A program made the position numbers and the translations under genes. This document shows positions 33,296-42,676 of a stretch of DNA of 64,000 bases, piece by piece. Within the stretch, counting starts at the first letter, position 1. Each line of letters starts with the position of its first letter. Origin of the DNA: a virus; the IMG/VR virus record IMGVR_UViG_3300032770_000013, positions 1 to 64,000 of that record; one strand, written 5' to 3'. The notes under the pieces were generated by a model, which saw only the letters and a program-made list of their open reading frames with translations, searched no databases and was not told the origin of the DNA.

Positions 33296-35575
33296 TTAGC
33301 GTCTCCCCGCTGGAGCGTACCGGTACTTACACGAACCAAGGCGCCAAAAGCTGCCAATGTCCGCCGATTCCATCGTTATGCTCATCAATCGCCCACGAAA
33401 TCTAACGGACAGAAACTCAGTAGCAGATGTGCATGTGTACGGCCCGAAAACCGTTGGCGTATCGCCTGGATAATTGAGCACGTTAAAGCTTAATTGGATT
33501 TGCGCCGATGTCGCTCCATCAATCGTCTCCCAACGAAAGTCGGGTATGATCTGGTCGACGAAGACGTAGTCCTCGCTCTCCGCAAGATAAAAATATCCGG
33601 TGGTGAACGTAGCCACCAGTGGGTTACCGGCGGCATCCGCCGTCGTCTCATGCTGATAGACAATGCCATTGGACGCCGCACCGATCGGCATGCCAAGCAC
33701 GCTCTGATCGAGCCACGCCGAACGCTGTAGCGCATTGGCAGGTCCGTAATCCCATGGTGCGCCCGGCTCGAGAATGTTCATCTTGACGTAGCTGTCACAC
33801 TCGCCCGACACGCTCGCAGCACTCGGATAAAGCCATCCAACCTCGTTGTACGGCGTATTCGGCATTGCCCGCACGTTCTGCAAAAACTCACTGTTGATAT
33901 TCTGGAACACCTGATCCCAGATTGGGCACGGGATGATCGAGGCACCATTGCTCGTATAGGAACAGAAATTAGTGCGGTTCATCCAGTACAGGCTTCCCCA
34001 AACCGCCTGAATCGAATGCGAGGACACCGCTCCCATGCCGGCTCCGACCTTGTTGAAGCCGAATACATTGGGCGGTCCGATATAGTTCATCGCCCACAAA
34101 TCAAGATCGGTGATGATGATGTTCTGATTCGGTGCCGCCAGACCGGCCATAATCATCGAGCCGGTTGAAATGGTATAATTGCCCGCTTGGTCGGATGCCT
34201 CCGCATTCCACTGGAAGAAATTAGATACGTCACACCACGATACCAACAGCGGCTGCTTCTGCCAGCCGATTGCCTGGTGGATCGAGGAGCCATACGCCAC
34301 CATGATCTGCTCGGACATCGAGATAAACATGCCATTGTTAAACGGCGGAGCCGTCGCAATAACCTGTGCATTCTGAAAGCCCGAGGTAGGATCCCAGTAA
34401 TAAAGCGCGCCGCCGTAAGGATTGGCGGCAAGAATCTCGCCCCAGTTGTCAGTCGTCCAGTCTGATGCCGTAATTTCGGTGCCGGTCTGCACGCCTTGGA
34501 CGGACCCGGTGCCATAACCGCCCAAGCCATAACCGCCTAAGCCATAGCCCGTACCGCCAGGCGATGGACCTATGGCGATGTAGTAAACCAACTGCGCCTC
34601 GCCGCCATTCATCCCGAAGGTAGAGCCGGCTGTGGCAAGCGTATTGGTCGTTATCGTGAAATCATTTGCATCCAGCACCGCATTGACGTCGTAGCTCCCC
34701 GTAATCGTGACGCCATCTGCCGTGGTTGGAATGGCAAAGACCACAATATCCGCAGCTTCAGAACCGGAAGCCGCCACTACGCCGTTATCAATGAACGTGA
34801 CCTTGACCGAATTGCTGCCGTTTGTAGTGGTGAAGACCGGCACGCTGTTGAAGACGATACTGTCTCCCGAACCAACTCCAGGAGCGGCGACGTTCTGCGA
34901 TAGCGTAACCGTGGTGCCGCTGACGTTCTGGACTATCGTATTGGCCGGAATCGCAGTCGGATTGGTGAGGTCGAAGGCCACCATGCCGATGGTTATCCAG
35001 CTTGGAGTTCCGCCGGGATACTGAAGGATTTTGCTTCCCGCGCCGGTCGAGCCTCCCGTGGTTGTTGGGTTAGATACCGTCGCTGTGGCATTGGTCGGAG
35101 CCGTAATCTCGTAAGAGCTCGGCCCGGTAACCTGCGTAATCTGATAGAGGCCATCAAGAATAAGACCGCCAATCGAAACCGGCACATTGAAAAACACCGC
35201 ATCATCTACAGTCGGCCCATTGGTATTTGGATCGACAATGGTGACGACAGGACTGTTTATCGTCGTCGACATATTCGGCGGGAAATTGGAAATCAGTTGC
35301 TGCGGCGTGATGTCCTGCAATTGACCATTGGTCAGGACAATCAGCTTCGCCGTGGTTCCTACCGAAAGATGCTTGTTGTTGTTGAGGTCTTGCCACGCAT
35401 GGAGATCGCGCGGCAGGCCGGCGATTGGATAGGGATAGTACGGTGTCCAGCCGCCGTATTTTTGCACCAGACTATCGCGGAAGCGGATCAGGCTCGACGA
35501 CGAGAAGCCCGCACGCAACAGCAGCGGCGTGCGCAGAACGTTGACGCCCGGCACTAAGGTAACCGAGCCTTCCAT
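33296..35575 (-). CDS. Tail nozzle / DNA stabilisation protein (P22 gp10-like)
   Basis: 759 aa; RFR..QKYGGW start, RFRGRL..FWRLG..GRR end. Confidence 0.7.
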   Translation of the reverse strand: MEGSVTLVPGVNVLRTPLLLRAGFSSSSLIRFRDSLVQKYGGWTPYYPYPIAGLPRDLHAWQDLNNNKHLSVGTTAKLIVLTNGQLQDITPQQLISNFPPNMSTTINSPVVTIVDPNTNGPTVDDAVFFNVPVSIGGLILDGLYQITQVTGPSSYEITAPTNATATVSNPTTTGGSTGAGSKILQYPGGTPSWITIGMVAFDLTNPTAIPANTIVQNVSGTTVTLSQNVAAPGVGSGDSIVFNSVPVFTTTNGSNSVKVTFIDNGVVAASGSEAADIVVFAIPTTADGVTITGSYDVNAVLDANDFTITTNTLATAGSTFGMNGGEAQLVYYIAIGPSPGGTGYGLGGYGLGGYGTGSVQGVQTGTEITASDWTTDNWGEILAANPYGGALYYWDPTSGFQNAQVIATAPPFNNGMFISMSEQIMVAYGSSIHQAIGWQKQPLLVSWCDVSNFFQWNAEASDQAGNYTISTGSMIMAGLAAPNQNIIITDLDLWAMNYIGPPNVFGFNKVGAGMGAVSSHSIQAVWGSLYWMNRTNFCSYTSNGASIIPCPIWDQVFQNINSEFLQNVRAMPNTPYNEVGWLYPSAASVSGECDSYVKMNILEPGAPWDYGPANALQRSAWLDQSVLGMPIGAASNGIVYQHETTADAAGNPLVATFTTGYFYLAESEDYVFVDQIIPDFRWETIDGATSAQIQLSFNVLNYPGDTPTVFGPYTCTSATEFLSVRFRGRLMSITMESADIGSFWRLGSCKYRYAPAGRR

Positions 35576-36079
35576 TTAATTTGGCCTCGCAAACTCGCCA
35601 TGAGGCCGATTAGCAGCATCCACATACGCATGATGAGCCGCAATCTCGGTATCGAAAAGTCCCAAATGTATCCGTTTATTCTCGTGTTGTATGTTTGCGA
35701 GCCATTTCTGCGATGCTTTGTGCCAACTCACGCCCTTAAATTTCGAACTCTTCGGTCTAGACCATTGTTTCCGGTTATGCTGATTTTGCGATTTTGTCGC
35801 GGCACGAAGGTTATCAATTCGATTATCGTCTCTAACACCATTTTTGTGATCGACTTCAAATTCAGGCCATTCACCAGTCTCAAAAAGCCAAGCTATCCGA
35901 TGTGCCTGATAGACTTTGCCTCGCAGTTCAATCTCGCGATATCCTTGACCGTTTTTGTGACCTGCTTCAGCGCCGACCGAACATCTGCGTGCAGGAGCGG
36001 CCCTCCAATAAAAAAGGCCAGTCTCCGGTTCGTACCGAAGCCAAGACATGAGTTCGTTGCGAGTTAGACTTTCAGCCAT
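35576..36079 (-). CDS. HNH-AP2 homing endonuclease
   Basis: AHRIAW..VDHKNGVRDDNRIDNLR; FKGVSW..HLGLF. Confidence 0.88.
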   Translation of the reverse strand: MAESLTRNELMSWLRYEPETGLFYWRAAPARRCSVGAEAGHKNGQGYREIELRGKVYQAHRIAWLFETGEWPEFEVDHKNGVRDDNRIDNLRAATKSQNQHNRKQWSRPKSSKFKGVSWHKASQKWLANIQHENKRIHLGLFDTEIAAHHAYVDAANRPHGEFARPN

Positions 36080-36089
36080 GGCGATAAAT

Positions 36090-37058
36090 TTATGTCTTCA
36101 CTAATGGTAAGAAGGAAACGATTGTCGGCTGGACGTTCCCGGACGCGCCACTAAAAGCATTCCGGACGGTAACTGACGTAGTGATGTTGGCGTAACCTGT
36201 CGCGCTATTCAGTCCAGATCCACGGATGACGGGGGCTATGCCTGCGCTATACGGCGAAACTGAGGTGGTAAGTCCGAGATCATGTTGGTGCCCGCTATCT
36301 GTCGAGGTCGCAACAGCGGTATGGTTATGCAGTTGCGGATTATCATCGCCGCCGGCCGAGGCCATCGCACTGCCGTTAATGCCACAAACGCTAGGACTCA
36401 ATCGGCCCGTGCCGACACCATCATAGCCGACTCTCGCCCGCGCGAGCTCGTCCGGCACGGCAAAGGTTAATCCCGGTGTGCCTCCGAAGGCGTTTCCGAG
36501 AACTGAAGCCAGCGCCGGATATGTTGAATTGTTGTAAACTGCGCCGTTCTTGATGAGATAAGGAATGACCGTGCACAGCAGCATCCACTTGGGATAATAG
36601 GTTGCACCCTGTAAATCATATGCAGTGCCCGGGTCTGGCGCGTTGACAAAGTCCATATTCGTGCCATCGTTGAAGACGTGGCACTTCTTTCCATAGGGTA
36701 TCCCAATCGCATTCCCAGCCCCGCCGCTCAGCAGTTGCACGCCATGCGTCGTCGGTGTGCAAAGGTTCTGCACAATGAAGAAGCCAGCCCGTGGGAAAGT
36801 AACTTGGACGTCACCGGTAAGCACTCCGGTAAAGACAATCAGCGAGCTTTGCGATTGATACGGTCCGCTCCAAGCCGCTCCGCTATTCGGCGGCGTGCTC
36901 AGCGTCACCGGCCCGCTCGATAGGCTGATCGTCGCTACGTTGCCGAAGAGGCTGTCAATTGCTCCAAAGTTGGCATTATTGGGCAAATCCCAGGTGCCCA
37001 CGTCCGAGCCCCTTGTCGGCTGGTAGATTTGGATATTGGCTGTCTGTGGATCTGCCAC
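36090..37058 (-). CDS. Tail fibre / tail collar-domain protein
   Basis: YPALASVLG..FGG..TFAVPD collar motif; NVQPTIV..VKT end. Confidence 0.7.
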   Translation of the reverse strand: MADPQTANIQIYQPTRGSDVGTWDLPNNANFGAIDSLFGNVATISLSSGPVTLSTPPNSGAAWSGPYQSQSSLIVFTGVLTGDVQVTFPRAGFFIVQNLCTPTTHGVQLLSGGAGNAIGIPYGKKCHVFNDGTNMDFVNAPDPGTAYDLQGATYYPKWMLLCTVIPYLIKNGAVYNNSTYPALASVLGNAFGGTPGLTFAVPDELARARVGYDGVGTGRLSPSVCGINGSAMASAGGDDNPQLHNHTAVATSTDSGHQHDLGLTTSVSPYSAGIAPVIRGSGLNSATGYANITTSVTVRNAFSGASGNVQPTIVSFLPLVKT

Positions 37059-37070
37059 GGGTTATCCTTC

Positions 37071-37781
37071 CTAAGCGCGCGGCGGCGTGGCAATCGGGTT
37101 TGGTTGTTTTGGCGTCCAACCTTGCGACTGATACCGTTTGCGCATTTCCTCAGTGTTTGCAGATGCCCACAAATCCTGATAGTGTTTTGACCAACTCGAC
37201 GAACCTTGCGGATCGTCTGTAAGAGCGCCGAAGTCTTTCAAATAGCCATAACCAAATATGAGAGATTCTGCTAGGAAAAGGTCCGGCAGATACAAACTCA
37301 AATAAGTTTGCGGGTTAGTAGCACTCAATGGCGTTGGTCTAATTGTCCCGATAACCTCCATCGTGTATGCCGCATCTGGAGGTGGCCCTACAATGATTGT
37401 CTGGTCCGTTATCATCGCGTAGTATTGCGGGACCGATGGCGTTGTTGTTGCCGTCTCGTTGCCCCACATCCAATCGATGAACTCGCGCGAGGTCGGCACA
37501 AGCTGAACGCGATTGCTGGAGTTGAGCGGATAAAAGACATTCATGCTCTCAGTAACAACAAACCGTCCTTGGTCCTGAGGTAGCGTGAAGCTGCGACTAT
37601 TAGGTGTAAGAGTCGCGCTGGAATCTACAATTACAGAATTTAAAATATCTAATTCTCTGAGGATTCTTTGCTCGGAATCGTCGATCACATTCGGCAAAAA
37701 TGTTTGAAAATTCGGGTCATTCTGAGGAATGACCAGCATGTTGGCCAGCGACTGAACGTATGTCGTATAGGTAAGGCTCAT
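37071..37781 (-). CDS. Head-tail adaptor protein
   Basis: EQRILRELD, PQYYA..VGPPPD and PDLFL motifs. Confidence 0.7.
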   Translation of the reverse strand: MSLTYTTYVQSLANMLVIPQNDPNFQTFLPNVIDDSEQRILRELDILNSVIVDSSATLTPNSRSFTLPQDQGRFVVTESMNVFYPLNSSNRVQLVPTSREFIDWMWGNETATTTPSVPQYYAMITDQTIIVGPPPDAAYTMEVIGTIRPTPLSATNPQTYLSLYLPDLFLAESLIFGYGYLKDFGALTDDPQGSSSWSKHYQDLWASANTEEMRKRYQSQGWTPKQPNPIATPPRA

Positions 37782-37800
37782 ATAACTTCCCGATAAATAG

Positions 37801-37915
37801 GAAAGGCCGCCACGTTAGCGACGACCTTTCCACCCCTATCAGACCGGAACTCACCAGAACTCACCCGAGCTAACCATAACCGACCTGATCTCACCGCATC
37901 TCGTCTCACCATAAC
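37801..37915 (-). ncRNA. GNY-NN pentamer tract F with 3' hairpin (putative guide RNA)
   Basis: 17 in-phase units then GAAAGGTCGTC/GGCGGCCTTTC stem. Confidence 0.75.
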
Positions 37916-38103
37916 AAATGTTGACGAGAAAGAAATTTGGCGAGGATGCGCCGGACGGCCTCGGAACGGGTAGGCTTGTCCTCTTGAGTTTGCCTCCATT
38001 GATCGATCGCACCGCGTAATTTCACAGGCAATCTTATCGCGGTCACAGGGTCTTGACCTGTCTGCGGCCTTCCTCTTTTTCGTACTACAGGTATTGACCC
38101 CAT
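37906..38103 (-). CDS. Ribbon-helix-helix transcriptional regulator
   Basis: KRGRP.TG.DP..AIRLP..IDQW..PTRSEAVRRI. Confidence 0.7.
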   Translation of the reverse strand: MGSIPVVRKRGRPQTGQDPVTAIRLPVKLRGAIDQWRQTQEDKPTRSEAVRRILAKFLSRQHLLW

Positions 38104-38149
38104 AGCCTATTTGTAATACACTTATGCCGCTGAAACAAGACGGCAGAAG

Positions 38150-38581
38150 ATGACCTACGAAGAATACATCCGTTCGCCGCAATGGCACGCAAAACGCGAA
38201 CTTGCCCTTGCAAGGGACGGATTTCGTTGCCGAGCATGCGATGCAACCGAAAATCTTGAGGTTCACCATCGGCGCTATCCCAAAATTCTTGGCACGGAAA
38301 AAGTAGACGATTTGACAACGCTCTGCGGCGGCCAAAACGGCTGCCACATGGCCATCACTAATCTCCTTCGATCTCGCAGACATGCCTTGGCGACCATCGA
38401 GGCTTCCACAACAGTCCGAATCAGCATTGGACGCATAGAGGTATCTCATGAACTACAAGAACCTGAAATTTCGGATACGCAGCGTTGCACCCCTGCTCAT
38501 GCACAACGGGCAACTGGCGGACCCACTGAACCACCATGTGAAAGAAATGCGCAAGATTACGAGCAAGCGGATCAAAACTGA
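38150..38581 (+). CDS. HNH endonuclease
   Basis: YEEYIRSPQW..RDGFRCRAC..LEVHHRRY..LTTLC..CH. Confidence 0.8.
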   Translation: MTYEEYIRSPQWHAKRELALARDGFRCRACDATENLEVHHRRYPKILGTEKVDDLTTLCGGQNGCHMAITNLLRSRRHALATIEASTTVRISIGRIEVSHELQEPEISDTQRCTPAHAQRATGGPTEPPCERNAQDYEQADQN

Positions 38582-39014
38582 TTCCGACTTGGAACAACTT
38601 GCCAAGCTGGAATGGTTCGGCTCGCTTTACATCAGCAACGGCGTCCCATGCTTGCCTGGAGAACTCGTAGAGGCGACGTTTGTCAACGCCGCCAAAAAGA
38701 CCAAACGAGGCCAACAAGCTAAAGCCGGCATAATTTCGGACGGCTTTTGGCCAGTTGAATACGATGGGCCAAAAGACTTGGAAGAAATGTGGAAAGATGG
38801 ACGGTTTCGGCTCACTACCGCCGTTCGCGTATAGCGCAACAAGGTTATGAGGACACGACCGATCTTTCGACAGTGGGAATCCACTATCCAAATCGACTAC
38901 CTGCCGGATCAATTGGGCGTCAACGAGATCACAGATATCGTCGCCATCATGGGACGATTGATTGGCTTCGGCGATTGGCGTCCGCGTTTTGGACGCTTTG
39001 AAATCGTCTCTTGA
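38448..39014 (+). pseudogene. Second RAMP/Cas7-like gene interrupted by an in-frame TAG (38832-38834)
   Basis: PLLMHN..LPGE; frame continues RNKVMRTRPIF..GFGDWRPRFGRF to TGA at 39014. Confidence 0.75.
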
Positions 39015-39045
39015 CCGCATCGCCCCACGTCACCCTTAGCCCCGC

Positions 39046-39612
39046 TTATTCCTCGATCTGCATGGGAACCATGCGGCCGACCTCCTTAACCACGCGAGGC
39101 CGCACGCGGTCATCCTCCCGCGTCATCTCGCCCTTCGGCGTTTTGCCGAGGCGCTGTTCGGCTTCCCGGATTTGGCGGTTGGCGAGTTGCTCATTCTCGG
39201 TCCGGGCCTCATCGGTCAACTCTTTCGGCCGCTCCATGAGGATCAGGCCATCCTTGATGATGTGCGGCTTGTCGTAGCCCGGAGGCAACGGCACCCAATC
39301 CGGATGCTGCCGCGGGTCGACGGGCAACCAGCCCTGCTCTTCCATGCGGGAGAGATAGAACGGATCATCGGCGCCGACGTTGCTGAAGCGCTTCCATTCC
39401 ACCGATACGTCGGACGGAATCTTATCGAGATTGACCGCATCGAACGGATTGACCTGGACCGAGGCGCTACGCTGCCGGGTGCGTTTCCGCGGCGCATCGT
39501 GCTCGGCTACATGCTCGGTTTCCCGGGCATCGGGCGGCGGTGCTGCCGCATGTTCCGGTGTGCGATCGGCATTGCGACGCTGACGCCGCTGGGCAACTGT
39601 CTCGGGTTCCAT
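39046..39612 (-). CDS. Conserved head-module protein
   Basis: GW.PV..HP and GLILMERP motifs; follows the scaffold gene. Confidence 0.65.
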   Translation of the reverse strand: MEPETVAQRRQRRNADRTPEHAAAPPPDARETEHVAEHDAPRKRTRQRSASVQVNPFDAVNLDKIPSDVSVEWKRFSNVGADDPFYLSRMEEQGWLPVDPRQHPDWVPLPPGYDKPHIIKDGLILMERPKELTDEARTENEQLANRQIREAEQRLGKTPKGEMTREDDRVRPRVVKEVGRMVPMQIEE

Positions 39613-39624
39613 GATCTTTTCCTT

Positions 39625-40728
39625 TTAATATCCAACTCGGCCAATTTTTCCTTCAGCCGTAGCCTTCACAAGCTCGGCCGCATAGGTGCCAAAGGCCCGC
39701 TTGCGGTGTGCTGCCTCATCCTCGCCCTGCTTGGCCGGATAGGAGAACAGCGCGACTTCCTGCTGCTGCGGATTAAGCTGAACCCGCTGGCGCTGGCTCT
39801 GGCCGGTAGACGCAGACGGCGCCTCGCGCGTAACCGGCGCCGATGGCACCGCACGTTGCTGGGTCTGCCGCTGGACTGGTTGCTTGGTGGCTTGCTGGTG
39901 CGCCTCCTCGCCTGCCGGCTTGACATCAGCCGCAGCCGATACCGGCGCACGCGCGCCAATGCTTTCCTCGATCACCCTGAAATAATCCGGGGTATCTGTC
40001 GCAAATCCCTGTTCGATCGCCGCATAATGACCTTTCATCATCGCGGCGTTCTTTTTCGCATCGCCGCCGACTTGCACCGGAACACATTCAGGATGAGCCC
40101 GCAGCCACGCCTGAGAGGCCGGCGTGTATCCAGACACGTATTGCTCAAACGGTGAAAGGCGCGTTTCGACCTGAGTAGTCGTGCGCGTAGCATCTGCGGC
40201 CTGCCGCGCCGCCTTGTTCTCCAAGGCAACTTTATCTGCCTCCAACCGGTCGATCGCCGCGGCAAGCTTGGCGGCTTTGATCTGCGCCTTGGCTTCCTTC
40301 GCAATCTCGCCGGCTTCCTTGGCGTGGATGACTTCGGCTTCCACCGCCTCTAGTTCGCGGGTAGCCGCTTCAAGCCGCGCCGTGACGCCGTTCAACTGGC
40401 TGCTGGCGGCTTCCTCGACGGCTTCCTGCGCCCGCTGCTCGCTTTGCTGGGCCCGCTGTGCCGCTTCATTAGCTCGCAACCGCTCGGCTTGGGCGGTCTG
40501 CTGGGCGGCAATGCGATCCTGCTTTTCCTTTTCCAGCGCCGCCTTCAACGCATCCGCCGCCTCGTCCGCGGCATTCTTTGCCGGCGGCGCTACTGGAGTC
40601 TTTGGCTCAGGCTCCGGTGTCTTGGCCTCAGTCACCTTCGCCGGCTCGACAACCAGATCGCCGTCGACCTCGACCTCGATAACCGTGTCGTCCTCAATCT
40701 CGACTTCGCGTGTGCCAGATTCGGCCAT
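39625..40728 (-). CDS. Putative capsid scaffolding protein
   Basis: Acidic N-terminus, coiled coil, YA..K C-terminus. Confidence 0.65.
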   Translation of the reverse strand: MAESGTREVEIEDDTVIEVEVDGDLVVEPAKVTEAKTPEPEPKTPVAPPAKNAADEAADALKAALEKEKQDRIAAQQTAQAERLRANEAAQRAQQSEQRAQEAVEEAASSQLNGVTARLEAATRELEAVEAEVIHAKEAGEIAKEAKAQIKAAKLAAAIDRLEADKVALENKAARQAADATRTTTQVETRLSPFEQYVSGYTPASQAWLRAHPECVPVQVGGDAKKNAAMMKGHYAAIEQGFATDTPDYFRVIEESIGARAPVSAAADVKPAGEEAHQQATKQPVQRQTQQRAVPSAPVTREAPSASTGQSQRQRVQLNPQQQEVALFSYPAKQGEDEAAHRKRAFGTYAAELVKATAEGKIGRVGY

Positions 40729-40836
40729 GGCGCTATTTCCTTGCTAACATCATGATAATACACTAGATATAGCGAAGCCGCCAGACGTTCGAGCGCCCGA
40801 CGGCTTCTCGCCAACACCAAACCCCAGGAGGTCTAG

Positions 40837-41550
40837 GTGGCTAATTCCCGTATATGCTCGGTTGAAGGTTGCGGCAAGCCGCACGAGGCACACGGCTATT
40901 GCCCGATGCACTACACCCGTTGGCGCAAGCACGGCGATCCACTTTACGAGGTGCCGCTTAAAAACTACGGGCCAATTTGTTCGGTTGAAGGATGTGAAAA
41001 GCCGTCCCGCGAACGAGGTTGGTGCAGCATGCACTATGCCAGATGGCTTACGCATGGCGACGTAAACTACGCAGGCAAGCCGCGTCCTAAAACCAAGTTG
41101 CAGAAGTTCATCGAAGAAGCCGTAGCATACAAAGGCGACGATTGCCTTTACTGGCCGTGGCCGACAAAGAGCCGACGCGGCTCGATCTTTGTTGACGGCC
41201 GACTGGTCAAGGCTCCGCGCTATGTGTGCACTTTGGTTCATGGCGAGCCACCAACGCCAGAATACGAAGCCGCCCATTCATGCGGCCATGGCTGGGAAGT
41301 ATGTCTCAATCCAAACCACTTGAGATGGGCAACACCGATTGAAAATGCGGCCGACAGATACCTCCATGGAACAGATGCAAGAGGGGAGAACAATCCCGGT
41401 GCCGTGTTAACAGAAACCAATGTGCGCGAAATCCGAAAGTTGCTTCGGCGTGGCATGAAACAAAAAGACATCGGAAAGATATTTGGTGTTTCCAGAGGTG
41501 CCATCTTGTCGATCAATCTGCGCAAGTCATGGGGGTGGCTAGAAGATTAG
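40837..41550 (+). CDS. HNH endonuclease with zinc-finger repeats and HTH
   Basis: Two CSVEGC..C.MHY.RW repeats; AAHSCG..CLNPNHLRWAT..EN..D. Confidence 0.85.
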   Translation: MANSRICSVEGCGKPHEAHGYCPMHYTRWRKHGDPLYEVPLKNYGPICSVEGCEKPSRERGWCSMHYARWLTHGDVNYAGKPRPKTKLQKFIEEAVAYKGDDCLYWPWPTKSRRGSIFVDGRLVKAPRYVCTLVHGEPPTPEYEAAHSCGHGWEVCLNPNHLRWATPIENAADRYLHGTDARGENNPGAVLTETNVREIRKLLRRGMKQKDIGKIFGVSRGAILSINLRKSWGWLED

Positions 41551-41946
41551 GTCGGGAGCGGGAATCCTCATTGCGATGTCTTGATCTCTGACTATGCGGC
41601 AAAGTTGCCCGTTCACCACGATTTTTCTGCCGTCTACCGTATGAAGCGCAACCCAGTCTCCCGGCGAAACGGAATCGGGTCCGAAATCATATTGATCGTC
41701 GGATTTGAAAGCCGAATGGCCCAGCATCAGGACGCAGGCCGCCTTGCCTTGGAACTCGTCTTCTTTGATCGTGACGTCGGCCAAATGAATCCCAGATTTG
41801 GTAACTTTCGGCCGCTCATAGATGCCGACAAGGACGCGATTCCCAAACAATTCAAAGCCGGGCAAAACGCCTAGCTTCTTCATTCCGATCTTGTCGTAAA
41901 TGACCTTTCGCGGATCGTCCTTCGCCTGCATTTCCATATAAGGCAT
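41539..41946 (-). CDS. groES: GroES-like co-chaperonin
   Basis: GNRVLV..TKSGIHL..VLMLG..PGDWV. Confidence 0.75.
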   Translation of the reverse strand: MPYMEMQAKDDPRKVIYDKIGMKKLGVLPGFELFGNRVLVGIYERPKVTKSGIHLADVTIKEDEFQGKAACVLMLGHSAFKSDDQYDFGPDSVSPGDWVALHTVDGRKIVVNGQLCRIVRDQDIAMRIPAPDLIF

Positions 41947-41959
41947 TGTGGCGTGTTCC

Positions 41960-42445
41960 TTATTTCTTCGGTCCAAAGACCAATGTGAAAACGGCTGGCG
42001 GACCTTCGTATGCTTTCGTCTTGATGCCAGTAGCCGACGTCAGAGCAGCACAGAGAAATGCGCCGTCGCAGGATAATCCTGTACCAATCGGAATGTCGCG
42101 GTAAAGGAAACAATGGCTGAGCAGGTGCGCTTTCCACCCCGCTTCATTTAGCGCATCGACAATGTCCTCAGCCAATGGTCGGCAATCGGCATTGTCGCAT
42201 TCAACCTTCACTTCCTTGCTTGCCGTGACGCCTTTAAGCGTCGCCACAAACTTAGCATATTGGTTGTCGTTCAGTTCGTACCAATGCCATTTCCTGTAGC
42301 GTTCAAGTTGGCGGTTATTGGATTGGATGGTCGTCATGTTCGACGGAAGATAATAAGCGCCGTTCTTGTCGCTGATCCAGTCATCGGCAAACGCCGAGCT
42401 AACGAGCACGGTGACGAGTAATGCTACGCCGAGAAACGCCCTCAT
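41960..42445 (-). CDS. Hypothetical protein with signal peptide
   Basis: MRAFLGVALLVTVLVSSAFA. Confidence 0.55.
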   Translation of the reverse strand: MRAFLGVALLVTVLVSSAFADDWISDKNGAYYLPSNMTTIQSNNRQLERYRKWHWYELNDNQYAKFVATLKGVTASKEVKVECDNADCRPLAEDIVDALNEAGWKAHLLSHCFLYRDIPIGTGLSCDGAFLCAALTSATGIKTKAYEGPPAVFTLVFGPKK

Positions 42446-42449
42446 CCGG

Positions 42450-42674
42450 CTACCCTCTTTGATCTGAAATTGTCTCATAAAGCGTGCCGGCAATATCATC
42501 GCATTTCTGCATGATGACGTTGCAAGCCTCGATAAATCCTACCTGCCCGCGATAGGCCGGATAATCCTCAGCCGCACCTTGGGCAAGTGAAACCATCCGT
42601 TCATCAATCAACTCCAACAAAATCGGATAGAGTTGCCGATAGAACGGATCGTGGATATCTCGCGGACCAGCCAA
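42450..42674 (-). CDS. Small conserved head-module protein
   Basis: LAQGAAEDYPAYRGQVG motif, typical upstream of phage GroES. Confidence 0.6.
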   Translation of the reverse strand: MAGPRDIHDPFYRQLYPILLELIDERMVSLAQGAAEDYPAYRGQVGFIEACNVIMQKCDDIAGTLYETISDQRG

Positions 42675-42676
42675 GA

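Noticed and set aside
38832-38834. Genome-wide amber recoding as the explanation for the internal TAG
   Set aside because: Other genes terminate normally at TAG and no suppressor tRNA is present.
39015-39040. Short GGTGA CGTGG GGCGA run on the minus strand after the second RAMP gene
   Set aside because: Only 3-4 units; it may be a tract remnant but is too short to support.
42340-42375. Tract C partial gapped match to NGAYY in the 41960-42445 gene
   Set aside because: Only 5 consecutive units match and the flanks fail; this is expected by chance in 64 kb.
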